This document shows, piece after piece, positions 46,834-57,594 of a stretch of 64,000 bases of DNA. The translations under genes and the position numbers were made by a program. Numbering within the stretch: the stretch's first letter is position 1; every line of letters starts with the position of its first letter. The notes below the pieces were generated by a model, which saw nothing but the letters and a program-made list of their open reading frames with translations, was not told where the DNA came from and made no database searches. Source of the stretch: Alphaproteobacteria bacterium (GTDB taxonomy: Bacteria; Pseudomonadota; Alphaproteobacteria; Rhizobiales; BM303); the NCBI GenBank assembly GCA_024275895.1, contig JAJRYE010000046.1, forward strand, positions 25,411-89,410. The letters are read 5' to 3'.

Positions 46834-48681
46834 ATGAGCATTTCACATGACGGCGCCAGCCGGACCAGCAACAATGACCTGCTGAACTGGGTCGATGAAG
46901 TTGCGGATATGTGCCAGCCCGACAGCATCACCTGGTGTGACGGCTCGCAAGAAGAGTATGACCGGCTGTGCCGCGAACTTGTCGATGCCGGTGTCTATAC
47001 CCGCCTGAACCCGGAGCTGAGGCCCAACAGCTTTCTGGCCCGCTCCCATCCTTCCGATGTCGCCCGGGTGGAAAACCGTACTTTTATGTGCCATGAAAAA
47101 GAAGAAGATGCCGGCCCTACCAACAACTGGATGGCCCCGGCCAAAATGAAGGCCGAGCTGAAAGCAAGCTTTAAAGGCTGCATGCGCGGCCGCACCATGT
47201 ATGTCATCCCCTTTTCCATGGGTCCCATCGGCTCGCCGATCGCCCATATCGGCATCGAGATCACCGATTCGGCCTATGTGGTCACCAATCAGCGCATCAT
47301 GACCCGCATGGACCAGAAGGTTCTCGATACCCTGGGCAAAGACGGCACGTTTATCAAATGCCTGCATTCGGTTGGCGCGCCGCTTGCGCCGGGCGAAAAA
47401 GACGTGCCCTGGCCCTGCGAAGCCGATATCGATAAAAAATATATCTCGCATTTCCCCGAAACCCGCGAGATCTGGTCTTACGGGTCCGGTTATGGCGGCA
47501 ATGCGCTGCTGGGCAAGAAGTGTCTGGCGCTGCGCATCGCCTCAAACATGGCGCGCGAGGAAGGCTGGCTGGCCGAGCATATGCTGATCCTTGGCCTGGA
47601 ATCGCCTTCGGGAGAAAAAACCTATGTGGCCGGGGCCTTTCCCAGCGCCTGCGGCAAAACCAATCTTGCCATGATTATTCCGCCTGAGGAGATGGGCAAC
47701 TGGAAGGCGCTGACCGTGGGTGATGATATCGCCTGGATCAAGCCGGCCAGCGACGGCACATTGCGCGCCATCAACCCGGAAAACGGCTTTTTCGGCGTGG
47801 CGCCGGGCACCTCCTACAAGACCAATCCGATGGCCATGGACTCCATGAAGGAAAACTGCATCTTCACCAATGTCGCCCTGACCGATGAGGGCGATGTGTG
47901 GTGGGAAGGCATGGGGCCGCCGCCCGCCCACGCCATTGACTGGAAAGGCGAGAACTGGACGCCGGACATGGACCACCCCGCCGCCCATCCCAATTCGCGT
48001 TTCACTGCGCCTGCGGGCCAGTGCCCTACTATCGACCCGGCCTGGGAAGACCCCGAGGGCGTGCCCATCAGCGCTTTCTTGTTCGGCGGGCGCCTGTCGA
48101 AAACCTTCCCGCTGGTTTATGAGGCCCTGTCGTGGAATCACGGCGTCTTCCTCGCCGCCAGCATGGGCTCGGAGGCCACCGCCGCCGCCATCGGCGTTTC
48201 TGGCATTCGCCGCGATCCTTTCGCCATGCTGCCCTTCGCCGGCTATAATATGGGCGATTACTGGCAGCACTGGCTGGACATTGCTAAAATCGAGGGACTC
48301 AAACTGCCCGAAATCTTCCGTGTCAACTGGTTCCGCAAGGATGAGAACGGCAACTTCATCTGGCCCGGTTTTGGTCAGAACATGCGGGTGCTGCAATGGG
48401 TGGTCGAACGCGTTCAGGGCCAGGCCAGCGGGCAGACAAGCCCGTTTGGCATCGTGCCCGGATATGAGGATATCAACTGGAAGGGGCTCGATTTCCCCCA
48501 GGAGAAATTCACCCTCCTGACTGAAATCAGCCGCGCCGAAGGTCTGGCCGAGACCGGCGATCTGGCGACCTATTTTGCCCGATTCGGCGACCATTTGCCG
48601 CTAAAAATCGAAGAGGAACGAAAAGCGCTTGAAGAGCGTCTGAACAAGGGCCCGGAACTCTGGCGCGCCGGTTCGGCCTGA
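46834..48681 (+). CDS. pckG: Phosphoenolpyruvate carboxykinase (GTP-dependent)
   Basis: [68 protein letters not shown]. Confidence 0.96.
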   Translation: MSISHDGASRTSNNDLLNWVDEVADMCQPDSITWCDGSQEEYDRLCRELVDAGVYTRLNPELRPNSFLARSHPSDVARVENRTFMCHEKEEDAGPTNNWMAPAKMKAELKASFKGCMRGRTMYVIPFSMGPIGSPIAHIGIEITDSAYVVTNQRIMTRMDQKVLDTLGKDGTFIKCLHSVGAPLAPGEKDVPWPCEADIDKKYISHFPETREIWSYGSGYGGNALLGKKCLALRIASNMAREEGWLAEHMLILGLESPSGEKTYVAGAFPSACGKTNLAMIIPPEEMGNWKALTVGDDIAWIKPASDGTLRAINPENGFFGVAPGTSYKTNPMAMDSMKENCIFTNVALTDEGDVWWEGMGPPPAHAIDWKGENWTPDMDHPAAHPNSRFTAPAGQCPTIDPAWEDPEGVPISAFLFGGRLSKTFPLVYEALSWNHGVFLAASMGSEATAAAIGVSGIRRDPFAMLPFAGYNMGDYWQHWLDIAKIEGLKLPEIFRVNWFRKDENGNFIWPGFGQNMRVLQWVVERVQGQASGQTSPFGIVPGYEDINWKGLDFPQEKFTLLTEISRAEGLAETGDLATYFARFGDHLPLKIEEERKALEERLNKGPELWRAGSA

Positions 48682-48702
48682 ATTAGACACAAATCCGTAT
48701 AA

Positions 48703-48717
48703 GTTCTTGCATTGTTC
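48703..48717 (+). promoter_or_regulatory. Alphaproteobacterial LexA (SOS) box upstream of comM
   Basis: GTTC-TTGCATT-GTTC direct repeat (GTTC-N7-GTTC). Confidence 0.75.
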
Positions 48718-48799
48718 TTGCGCTGCACCTGTCTTTACGCTACTCTCAGGCATCCGGCAATCATGAAAATGGCCGCCGGATGCCTGAGGGGAGACGCTT

Positions 48800-50332
48800 A
48801 TGGTTGCACATGTAAACACGGTGGCGTTTGAGGGCGTTGAAGCGCGCCATGTGGATGTGCAGGTTCACATTGCCGGCGGCCTGCCGGCCTTTACCCTTGT
48901 GGGTCTGCCGGACAAGGCGGTGGCGGAAAGCAGCGAGCGGGTCCGCGCCGCCCTGCACGCCATCGGCATCGCCCTTCCCGCCAAGCGCGTTACCATTAAT
49001 CTGGCACCGGCCGATCTGCCGAAGGAAGGCTCGCATTTTGATCTTCCCATCGCGCTCGGGCTGCTGGTTTGCATGGGCGCGCTGCCGGGCGATATACTGG
49101 AACGCTATGTCGTCATCGGCGAGCTGGGGCTTGACGGCGCCATTGCGCCGGTGACCGGCGCGCTGCCCGCCGGGATTTACGCCAACGGGCGCGCTCTGGG
49201 GCTGATCTGCCCGGCCGGTTGCGGTTCTGAAGCGGCCTGGGCTGGTGAGGATGTCGATATCCTGAACCCGCGCAATCTGATCACGCTCATCAACCATTTC
49301 AAGGGCACCCAGGTTCTCACCCGCCCGCTGCCCCTGCGCGCGCAAGAGCCGGCGCATCTGCCCGATCTGCGCGATATCAAGGGGCAGGAGAGCGCCAAGC
49401 GGGCGCTGGAGGTCGCCGCCGCCGGAGGCCACAATCTGCTGATGAACGGCCCGCCCGGCGCCGGTAAATCCATGTTGGCGGCCAGATTGCCTTCAATTCT
49501 GCCCCCCATGCGGCCGCGTGAAATGCTGGAAGTCAGCATGATCGCCAGTATCGCCGGCGCTCTGGCGCAGGGGCGCATCAGCCGCGCACGCCCGTTCCGC
49601 AACCCGCATCACTCCGCCTCCATGCCGGCGCTTGTGGGCGGCGGTATGCGCGCAAGGCCGGGCGAAATCTCCCTTGCCCATCGCGGGGTGCTGTTTCTGG
49701 ACGAGTTGCCCGAATTCCCGCCGCAGGTGCTTGATTCGCTGCGCCAACCTCTGGAAACCGGCGAAGCGGTGATCGCCCGGGCCAATCATCATGTCACCTA
49801 CCCGGCCCGTTTTCAGCTCATAGCCGCCATGAACCCGTGCAAATGCGGCCATGCCGGAGAGCCCGGCTATAGCTGCCGCCGTGGTCCGCGCTGCGCGGCG
49901 GATTATCAGGCGCGGATCTCAGGGCCGCTGCTTGACCGTTTTGATCTCTTCATCGATGTTCCGGCCCTCAACGCCTCCGATCTTGTCCTGCCGCCCCCGG
50001 CCGAGGGCTCGGCGGCAGCAGCAGCGCGCATCGCCCGGGCGCGCGAACGCCAGATTGAACGTTTCGCGGCCCTTGGACGAGAGGATGTTCTGTGCAACGG
50101 TGAAGCCGACGGCAAGCTTCTGGAGCAAATCGCCAGCCCTGATGCGCCGGGCCTTGCGCTGCTGCATGACGCCGCCAACGCCATGCGCCTGTCCGCCCGG
50201 GCCTATCATCGTGTGCTGAAAGTGGCGCGGACCCTGAGCGATCTTGCCGGGTGCGAACAGGTGGCCCGCAGCCATATCGCCGAAGCCCTGAGCTACCGCT
50301 CGCGCCACCGCCCCGCGCGTATGGCGGCCTGA
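48800..50332 (+). CDS. comM: YifB/ComM Mg-chelatase-like AAA+ ATPase
   Basis: VGLPD.AV.ES, INLAPADLPKEG, GPPGAGKS, PFR.PHHS, LFLDELPEF, SGPLLDR. Confidence 0.94.
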   Translation: MVAHVNTVAFEGVEARHVDVQVHIAGGLPAFTLVGLPDKAVAESSERVRAALHAIGIALPAKRVTINLAPADLPKEGSHFDLPIALGLLVCMGALPGDILERYVVIGELGLDGAIAPVTGALPAGIYANGRALGLICPAGCGSEAAWAGEDVDILNPRNLITLINHFKGTQVLTRPLPLRAQEPAHLPDLRDIKGQESAKRALEVAAAGGHNLLMNGPPGAGKSMLAARLPSILPPMRPREMLEVSMIASIAGALAQGRISRARPFRNPHHSASMPALVGGGMRARPGEISLAHRGVLFLDELPEFPPQVLDSLRQPLETGEAVIARANHHVTYPARFQLIAAMNPCKCGHAGEPGYSCRRGPRCAADYQARISGPLLDRFDLFIDVPALNASDLVLPPPAEGSAAAAARIARARERQIERFAALGREDVLCNGEADGKLLEQIASPDAPGLALLHDAANAMRLSARAYHRVLKVARTLSDLAGCEQVARSHIAEALSYRSRHRPARMAA

Positions 50333-50343
50333 CATGCCTTCCC

Positions 50344-50808
50344 TCAGGCAGCGTTTGAGGCTGCCGGTTCGGTTAAAATGGCGTAAATGCTTCTGGCGTC
50401 ATTGGCGTAGCTGATCTTGTCCAGCATGGCCTTGTCCTTGACCAGACGCGAGATAAGGGCCAGCGCTTTCAAATGATCCGCCCCGGCGTTTTCCGGCGCC
50501 AGCAGAAGAAACACGATGCTGACGGGTTCTTCATCCACGGCTTCAAAATCCACCGGCGAGGAAAGCCGCGCAATAATTCCGAATATGCGATTGATGCCGT
50601 CAATTTTGCCATGGGGGATCGCCACCGCATGGCCAATTCCCGTGGAGCCAAGACGTTCACGCTGCAAAATGGTCTCGAAAATATCGCGCGCATCCAGACC
50701 GGTCAACTCCTGGGCCTTGTTGGCAAGCTCCTGCAAAACCTGTTTTTTGCTATTGGCCCGCAAGGGGCAAATAATCGAATCCGGCGCAATCAGATCAGTA
50801 AGATCCAT
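50344..50808 (-). CDS. ptsN: PTS EIIA(Ntr)
   Basis: RERLGSTGIG..VAIPH, GADHLKAL; lies downstream of rpoN and hpf. Confidence 0.95.
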   Translation of the reverse strand: MDLTDLIAPDSIICPLRANSKKQVLQELANKAQELTGLDARDIFETILQRERLGSTGIGHAVAIPHGKIDGINRIFGIIARLSSPVDFEAVDEEPVSIVFLLLAPENAGADHLKALALISRLVKDKAMLDKISYANDARSIYAILTEPAASNAA

Positions 50809-50868
50809 CTGCTCATCCTCAAGATTACAATTTCGTCATCAGGCCGGGAGACTGGCCGCCGAAATCCG

Positions 50869-51444
50869 TCACGATTTGGCGGGTTCCGGATCAATCCAGC
50901 CGATATTCCCGTCAGGCCGCCGGTATACCACATTGATTCGCCCATGACCTGAATTGTGGAATACAAGCATGGGAGATTCCACCAGGTCAAGCTGCATCAC
51001 CGCTTCGCCAACCGTTAAATGGCGCAAGGTGGTCCGGGTTTCGGCGATAATAACCGGGTTAAGTTCTTCTGGTTCCGGCTCTTTTTCATTCTCCGGTGCA
51101 ATCACGTAAGACGCGGCGTCAAAGCCCGGCTGGTTTTGATTATTTCGCTTTGAGTGACTGGAAAGCCGCCTTTTATAGCGCCGCAGCCGTTTCTCCAGTT
51201 TCTCGGCCGCCTCGTCAAAGCTGGCATAAGCATCGCCGGCCTGACCGCGTGAATGCAGATCGATGCCGCTGTCTATGTGCATATAGCATTCCGTGCGGAA
51301 ATCATGCCCTTCCTTGTCGAGAGAAACATGGCCATGAATCCGGTCGCCAAAATATTTGGTACCGATCTGGTCAATTCGTTCTGCAATATGAGAGCGTAAA
51401 GAATCGCCAATATCAAAATTCTTGCCGGTAATCTGAACCTGCAT
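50869..51444 (-). CDS. hpf: Ribosome hibernation promoting factor (long HPF/RaiA)
   Basis: ITGKN, KLEKRLRRYK, C-terminal INVVYRRPDGNIGWIDP. Confidence 0.93.
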   Translation of the reverse strand: MQVQITGKNFDIGDSLRSHIAERIDQIGTKYFGDRIHGHVSLDKEGHDFRTECYMHIDSGIDLHSRGQAGDAYASFDEAAEKLEKRLRRYKRRLSSHSKRNNQNQPGFDAASYVIAPENEKEPEPEELNPVIIAETRTTLRHLTVGEAVMQLDLVESPMLVFHNSGHGRINVVYRRPDGNIGWIDPEPAKS

Positions 51445-51774
51445 TGTTCCCGCCAGTTTTTAGTTGTTCCAGATAAATGTCACTTATAGATGAGCTGTGT
51501 TCGCAGCTTGCGTCAAAACCGTCAGACTTTGCTGTTCTTTGGATCCGTCCACCATCAGTCCTGAAGCGTCGCGAACCTAGTCGCGACTGAATAACAAGTC
51601 AACATAGGCACCGTATTTTAGATCATTTTCTTACTCTTTTATAGGGGCTGTGTCCCTGTTTCTGGACAAATCGGTTGTGGTTTCGGGGAAACCCTGCGCC
51701 GGAATGCAAATCTGCCTCTGTGGGGCCCTGGCAAAGGGCTGCCGCCAACCGCGTTGAACCGGCCCCGCGCCACT

Positions 51775-53310
51775 TCAAATCGGATTTCGCTTTTCCCGGC
51801 GACGCTGCACGGATGAGGGAATTTTCAAGGCTTCACGGTATTTGGCGACTGTGCGCCGCGCAATATCAATGCCCATATCACGCAATAGTGAAACAATCTT
51901 GTCATCGGAGAGGACGGCATCGGGCGATTCAGCCTCAATCAACGCCTGAATCCGGTAGCGCACCGCTTCGGCGGCAAAACTCGCGGACCCGTCAGTGGCG
52001 GCGATGGATGACGAGAAGAAATACTTAAGCTCGAAAACGCCGCGCGGGGTCGAGATATATTTGTTTGAGGTGACGCGGCTTATGGTTGATTCATGCATAC
52101 CGACGGCATCGGCCACCATCCGCAGATTCATCGGTTTGAGATATTGAACCCCTCTGGTGAAAAAACCGTCCTGCTGCCGCACAATCTCCCGCGCGGTCTT
52201 GAGAATGGTTCTGGCGCGCTGATCGAGGCTTTTCACCAGCCAGCTTGCATTGCTCAGACATTCAGACAGGTAAACCTTGTCGTCCTTGTTCATCACCGAG
52301 TTTGAAACGGTGGCGAAATACTGCCGGTTGACGAGAACGCGGGGCAGGGTATCGCTGTTGAGCTCAACCAGCCAGTTGCCATCGGGTCCCTCGCGCACAA
52401 AGACATCGGGAACCACGGGCTGGATAATGGCGGTTCCGAAAATATGCCCAGGTTTCGGGTTCAGATTGCGAATCTCATTGATAATTTCAAGCAGTTCGGA
52501 CTGGCCCAGCCCGGTGACCCGGATCATTTTCGCCAAATCGTGTTTGGCCAGCAAATCTAGATTGTCAAGCACCGAGCGGATGACCGGGTCAAGGCGGTTT
52601 TGTTCCTTGAGCTGAAGCGCGAGACATTCGGTCAGATCGCGGGCAAAAACCCCGGGCGGATCAAACTCCTGCATTTGCGTCAAGGTCGCCTCGACAAGTT
52701 CAAGCGGCGCCCCGAGCTGCTGCGCCAGGGCTTCAAGATCGCCGCGCAAATAGCCATCCTCGGACACCATATCAATCAAGAACGCCCCGATCATTTGCTG
52801 AACCGGATCGGTTATGGAGACCTGCAACTGGGCGGTAAGATGCCCGGTCAGGCTGGGCTGCTCGCTGATCGTGGCCTCAAAACCCTCGCCATCGGAAGAA
52901 GGACCGGCGCCGCGGTGGGTGGGACCAAGGGATGTCCACCCTGAATCCTTCATCTCTGGCGCCGCCGATGTGGTGCCGGTAGGGACCGGTTGATCATCGG
53001 GGAAGACATTCTCAAGGCTGGTATCGAGTTTGCTGTCAATGTCCTTCAGACCGGCCGCATCGCTCAGGTCAAGCCCCTTTGGTTCAGTTGTATCGGCCCC
53101 GTTTCCACTGCCGGTTTCCGTCGCATCCAGGTTCCGGATGACCTCGTTTTTTTCATCGCGCTCAAGCAGCGGGTTGCGTTCCAGTTCATTTTCCACATAG
53201 GCGCTCAAATCAATATTCGAGAGTTGCAGCAATTTGATCGCCTGCTGCAATTGCGGCGTCATGACCAGATTCTGGCCCTGCCGCATTTCCAGTTTGGGGA
53301 AAAGCGCCAT
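51775..53310 (-). CDS. rpoN: RNA polymerase sigma-54
   Basis: MTPQLQQAIKLLQL, HESTISRVT, RpoN box ARRTVAKYRE. Confidence 0.97.
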   Translation of the reverse strand: MALFPKLEMRQGQNLVMTPQLQQAIKLLQLSNIDLSAYVENELERNPLLERDEKNEVIRNLDATETGSGNGADTTEPKGLDLSDAAGLKDIDSKLDTSLENVFPDDQPVPTGTTSAAPEMKDSGWTSLGPTHRGAGPSSDGEGFEATISEQPSLTGHLTAQLQVSITDPVQQMIGAFLIDMVSEDGYLRGDLEALAQQLGAPLELVEATLTQMQEFDPPGVFARDLTECLALQLKEQNRLDPVIRSVLDNLDLLAKHDLAKMIRVTGLGQSELLEIINEIRNLNPKPGHIFGTAIIQPVVPDVFVREGPDGNWLVELNSDTLPRVLVNRQYFATVSNSVMNKDDKVYLSECLSNASWLVKSLDQRARTILKTAREIVRQQDGFFTRGVQYLKPMNLRMVADAVGMHESTISRVTSNKYISTPRGVFELKYFFSSSIAATDGSASFAAEAVRYRIQALIEAESPDAVLSDDKIVSLLRDMGIDIARRTVAKYREALKIPSSVQRRREKRNPI

Positions 53311-53359
53311 GGCTTACGCTGCTCCTGCAGATCTTACCGCCAGGGCGGCGGAAGCGGCG

Positions 53360-54142
53360 TTAGAGTTTGAACTGCTCACCCAGATAAAAACGCCGCACCT
53401 TTTCATTGCCGACAATCTCGTCCGGCGTGCCCTCGAACAGGACATGCCCGTCATGAATGATAAGCGCCCGGTCGATAAGCTCCAGGGTTTCGCGCACATT
53501 GTGATCCGTGATAAGCACGCCGATCCCGCGCGCCGTGAGATGGTGCACGAGATTGCGGATATCGCCGATGGCGATGGGGTCAATCCCGGCAAAGGGCTCA
53601 TCGAGAAGCATGAATGAAGGTTCGGTCGCCAATGCGCGGGCAATCTCGACCCGGCGGCGCTCGCCGCCCGAGAGGGTGAGCGCCGGGCTGGCGCGTAAAT
53701 GAGTGATTCCAAACTCTTCCAGAAGCGCATCGAGTTTTCTATCCCGTTCCTCTTTATTGTGTTCAACCAGTTCCAGAACAGCCCTGATATTTTCCTCAAC
53801 CGTCAGACCACGGAAAATCGAAGGCTCCTGCGGCAGATAGCCGATCCCCAAACGCGCCCGGCGGTACATCGGATAACGGGTGATATCATACCCATTCAGG
53901 TAAATATTGCCATAATCGACCGCAATCAGCCCGGTGATCATGTAGAAAATAGTCGTTTTTCCAGCGCCGTTGGGGCCCAGAAGCCCCACCGCTTCGCCCT
54001 GTTGAACGCTTAAAGATACATCCTGAACCACAAGATTTTTTTTATAACTTTTCCCCACCGCGCGAACCGCGATGCCGGTGTCGGGGATGGTGGGCCTGTT
54101 CTCCTCCCCTTTTTCTTTTGTTCTCTCGGCCGACTCGAGCAC
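53360..54142 (-). CDS. lptB: LPS export ABC ATPase
   Basis: GPNGAGKTT, YLPQE.SIFR, LSGGERRRVEIAR, DEPFAG, TDHNVRE. Confidence 0.96.
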   Translation of the reverse strand: MLESAERTKEKGEENRPTIPDTGIAVRAVGKSYKKNLVVQDVSLSVQQGEAVGLLGPNGAGKTTIFYMITGLIAVDYGNIYLNGYDITRYPMYRRARLGIGYLPQEPSIFRGLTVEENIRAVLELVEHNKEERDRKLDALLEEFGITHLRASPALTLSGGERRRVEIARALATEPSFMLLDEPFAGIDPIAIGDIRNLVHHLTARGIGVLITDHNVRETLELIDRALIIHDGHVLFEGTPDEIVGNEKVRRFYLGEQFKL

Positions 54143-54183
54143 AGCATTTTCCAGTCTTGTTGCGATTTTCCGGTCAGGCAGGC

Positions 54184-54735
54184 TTACTGGCCGGTCTTTT
54201 TTGTCTTCTGTTCGGGAAGGAAGAGGCCGCGAACCCGGCTTTTGACGCCGCCGGCAGAAGAGATAAATCGGGTTTTACCGGTTCTTTGATTGACAAACAA
54301 CCGGCGTCCGCGAATGACATTCTTGCCCTGGGTCACCACAACATCGCCGCCAACCGTAACCGTATCGGCTTTTAAATCAAACTTGGCCCATTCGCCGGTA
54401 ATCTTCTGGGTGCGCGTGATGATAACCACCCCGCCCTTGGCGTCCATACTCTTGACATCCGTGCCGCCTCCTTTTTTTTTCTCGTAATAAACCACCAGTT
54501 CCGTGGAGTTCAAACGCAGATCATCCTGTTTGGCGATGACGTTGCCGGAAAACACCGCCGTGTTTTTATTCTCGTCAATCTCCAGAATATCCGCCTCGAT
54601 ATCAACCGGCGCCTTGGAATTCTTGTTCAATCCGCCGCCGATGCCCTGTGCCTGCAGGGGCGCGGCCATCATGGCAAGAAAAAAAACCAGCCCCGCATAC
54701 CCCATGCCCGAATGCCTGATCCAGCCTGATCTCAT
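54184..54735 (-). CDS. lptA: LptA/OstA family periplasmic LPS transport protein
   Basis: Signal peptide, PVDIEAD, FSGNV.AKQ, RVRGLF; lies between lptC and lptB. Confidence 0.88.
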   Translation of the reverse strand: MRSGWIRHSGMGYAGLVFFLAMMAAPLQAQGIGGGLNKNSKAPVDIEADILEIDENKNTAVFSGNVIAKQDDLRLNSTELVVYYEKKKGGGTDVKSMDAKGGVVIITRTQKITGEWAKFDLKADTVTVGGDVVVTQGKNVIRGRRLFVNQRTGKTRFISSAGGVKSRVRGLFLPEQKTKKTGQ

Positions 54736-55424
54736 TTTTTTTGACCTTCCTTGTTCAGAATTAGTTTCATATGTACCCGGTTTTCAAAGCGGAAAACCTT
54801 GCCGCGCTGGAGAATTTCCATACGGCTGGCGCGAATAATGCCGTTTGGCATAGTGACCACAACAGGGCTCCTTGTTACCAGATCGCCTTTTTTGACATTC
54901 AGTTTGGCCGTATCCATGCGCGCGACCTGCCCGTTGTCGGAACGCATTTCAACATTGGTTTTCAAATCCAGTATATCCGTATTTTTATCATAAATGCCAT
55001 GCTCGGCGCGCAGCTTCGACCATCCTCCGGATTTCTTGCTCAGGGTGGCTTTGACATTCACCAGCAAGAACCGGCTCGGATTGTCAATCCGGCGTGTTGC
55101 GGTATCCGCCGTCAATTCGTAATTGCCCTCGCTCTTTCCCTTGGTCACAAGTCGTGGATTCTGCATGATCACGGAATCCTTGTTCAGCTGTATACTCTCG
55201 ACCTCGGCGGTGAATTTATCCGTTTGCAGTTTGCGCGAAGGCGAAAATGCCCCGGAGGCATAAAGAAAGGTTCCGATCACGAGAACAACAATAACCGGAA
55301 GAATATATTTCAGCTTCCTGATGATGCGGGAATGATGCTGCGCCTTTTGAAATCCGAGAATATCCGGCGAGTTCAGCTTTGCATTTTTGCCGGACCGGGG
55401 CGCCGAGTAAGAAGATATTTGCAT
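54732..55424 (-). CDS. lptC: LPS export protein LptC
   Basis: HSR.IR.LK.ILP TM anchor, M.NPR, beta-jellyroll-like C-terminus; synteny; start inferred. Confidence 0.85.
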   Translation of the reverse strand: MQISSYSAPRSGKNAKLNSPDILGFQKAQHHSRIIRKLKYILPVIVVLVIGTFLYASGAFSPSRKLQTDKFTAEVESIQLNKDSVIMQNPRLVTKGKSEGNYELTADTATRRIDNPSRFLLVNVKATLSKKSGGWSKLRAEHGIYDKNTDILDLKTNVEMRSDNGQVARMDTAKLNVKKGDLVTRSPVVVTMPNGIIRASRMEILQRGKVFRFENRVHMKLILNKEGQKK

Positions 55425-55528
55425 CAAAAACGCCTTGTTTGCCTGGCGGAATACTTGTGACAGGTCCAAAATCCGCTCAGATACGATCACATACGGATAC
55501 TCAGAGCTTACCCGGAAAAGCCCAAAAC

Positions 55529-56140
55529 CTAATGCGAAAAAATATCACTATCCGGCCACCCCGCCAGATCAAGCCGGGCGCGCACGGGAAGGAATGAAAA
55601 ACACGCCGCCGCCAGATCTTCACGGTTTTCACGGGCCAGCATCATGTCCAGCCGCGCCTTGAGGGCATGCAAATGCAGCACATCGAGCGCCGCATAACGC
55701 TGTTGTGCCGCGCTCAGGGTTTTGGCCCCCCAATCAGAACTTTGCTGCGCCTTGGAAAGATCAATATCAAGGATTTCCCGGCACAGATCCTTCAGCCCGT
55801 GGCGGTCAGTGTAGGTGCGCACCAGCTTTGAGGCAATCTTCGTGCAGTACACCGGCGCGCAGGCAACCCCGAGATACTTGTCCAGCATGGCAATATCAAA
55901 CCGGGCAAAATGAAAAATTTTGAGTACTTGGCTATCGCCCAGCAGATGTTTGAGATTGGGCGCGTCATAGCCGGAACGGTCAAGCTGCACCAGATGCGCC
56001 GAGCCGTCACCGCTGGAAAGCTGCACCAGACACAGCCTGTCGCGCACCGGATTGAGCCCCAGGGTTTCGGTGTCAACCGCAACCATCGCGCCCAGATCCA
56101 GATCATCGGGAAGATCGCCTTGATGTAGCGTTATCATCAT
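55529..56140 (-). CDS. rnd: Ribonuclease D (short 3'-5' exonuclease)
   Basis: AVDTETLGL, RDRLCLVQL, FHFARFD, CTKIASKL, QQSSDWG, YAALDV. Confidence 0.92.
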   Translation of the reverse strand: MMITLHQGDLPDDLDLGAMVAVDTETLGLNPVRDRLCLVQLSSGDGSAHLVQLDRSGYDAPNLKHLLGDSQVLKIFHFARFDIAMLDKYLGVACAPVYCTKIASKLVRTYTDRHGLKDLCREILDIDLSKAQQSSDWGAKTLSAAQQRYAALDVLHLHALKARLDMMLARENREDLAAACFSFLPVRARLDLAGWPDSDIFSH

Positions 56141-56335
56141 ACCAAGCCCTGTAAAATATAACCCGCTGAATTTGTTTTCTTATCACGGCAAATCTGAGCT
56201 GTCATGTAGCAACTGGCCCGAATGGCCGCAACCGCCAAATTCGCGCCGCGACTGACACAGCAAACCCGCCGCCCGGGCCAATACTCGGGCGGGGGGGAGA
56301 GATTTTCACATTAATTTCAGGCGTAGCGGAAAGCT

Positions 56336-56521
56336 TTAAAACTCGTCCCGGGGCTCAAGAATCTGACGGCCGTTATATTTGCCGCTTTTCAGATCAATGT
56401 GATGCGGCCGGCGCAGCTCGCCTGAATCCTTGTCCTCGACATAGCTCGGCTGCTTGAGTGCATCGGCCGAACGCCGGAAGCCGCGTTTCATCCGCGACAC
56501 TTTTTTCATTGGGACAGCCAT
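56336..56521 (-). CDS. rpmF: 50S ribosomal protein L32 (Cys-free form)
   Basis: MAVP.KKVS...[24 protein letters not shown]. Confidence 0.93.
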   Translation of the reverse strand: MAVPMKKVSRMKRGFRRSADALKQPSYVEDKDSGELRRPHHIDLKSGKYNGRQILEPRDEF

Positions 56522-56608
56522 AGCCGTGTACTCCTTCAATTTACGCCAAACGCGGCTCTGCCGCCGTCTCGCATCTTGCCTGTTCAATCCATGCACCGCC
56601 CATGGAAC

Positions 56609-56684
56609 TGGTGGAGCCGAGGGGAATCGAACCCCTGACCTCTACATTGCGAACGTAGCGCTCTCCCAACTGAGCTACGGCCCC
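56609..56684 (-). tRNA. tRNA-Ala (CGC)
   Basis: Reverse complement GGGGCCGTAGCTCAGTTGGGAGAGCGCTACGTTCGCAATGTAGAGGTCAGGGGTTCGATTCCCCTCGGCTCCACCA. Confidence 0.97.
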
Positions 56685-56969
56685 TTTTGTCATTCAGATG
56701 GTGCAGTTGTTTGCTTCAAGGCGCGTTTTATGGGGCTTTTGCCCGCCATGTCAAGCATTGCCGCTGATTGCCGGATTTATTTCCGGCGCCTTTTGCCTTT
56801 TCGCGAGAAAAATTATATTTCCGGCGGGGCACGAAGGCCAAGCCGCGGGCGACGGCACAGGCGGTTGAAAAAAACTTTGAAATTAACCCTTTTCCCAATC
56901 ACACTTGCACATGCTCGGCTCAGAGCTTAAATGTGTCAGAAGAAATAAATTCTTCATTTGGAAACCTCA

Positions 56970-57248
56970 ATGCAATCCATTCTTATCCTGCTGAGCCAGA
57001 TTATCTCCCTCTATGTGTGGATTCTTATCGCCAGCGCCGTCCTGAGCTGGCTGGTGGCATTTAATGTTGTCAACACCCAGAACCGCTTTGTCTATGCCGT
57101 CGGCAATTTTCTGCACAAGATAACGGAACCGGCCCTTCGTCCCATCAGGAAGATCATGCCTGATCTGGGCGGAATTGACCTTTCGCCGATTGTCCTCATT
57201 CTGGGCCTGTTTTTCCTGCGCAACCTGCTGTTTGAGATGTTGATGTAA
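56970..57248 (+). CDS. YggT family membrane protein
   Basis: [28 protein letters not shown]. Confidence 0.92.
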   Translation: MQSILILLSQIISLYVWILIASAVLSWLVAFNVVNTQNRFVYAVGNFLHKITEPALRPIRKIMPDLGGIDLSPIVLILGLFFLRNLLFEMLM

Positions 57249-57249
57249 T

Positions 57250-57594
57250 TTGCTCGCCCCGGCCCCGCTTTTTTCCCTGCTTCCCGACGGCGTCAGGCTG
57301 AGTGTCCGCCTGACGCCCAAATCATCCCGTGACGCACTTGACGGGCTGGCCGCATTATCCGATGGCCGCAAGGTGCTCAAGGCACGGGTGCGCGCCGTAC
57401 CGGAGAAGGGAGCCGCCAATACTGCCCTTCTTCGCCTGCTGGCCAGGGCGTTAAATCTTTCCCGCAGACAGGTAACGCTTGCATCAGGAGCCACATCCCG
57501 TATTAAAACGGTTAGGCTGGAAGGTGAACCAGCCGCATTGAAGCAGCAACTCGAAACCGTTTTTGCGGCACTAGCGGGGGAGAAAACGCCATGA
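57250..57594 (+). CDS. DUF167 (YggU) family protein
   Basis: VRLTP, RV.A.P.KG.AN, G.TSR.K. Confidence 0.88.
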   Translation: MLAPAPLFSLLPDGVRLSVRLTPKSSRDALDGLAALSDGRKVLKARVRAVPEKGAANTALLRLLARALNLSRRQVTLASGATSRIKTVRLEGEPAALKQQLETVFAALAGEKTP

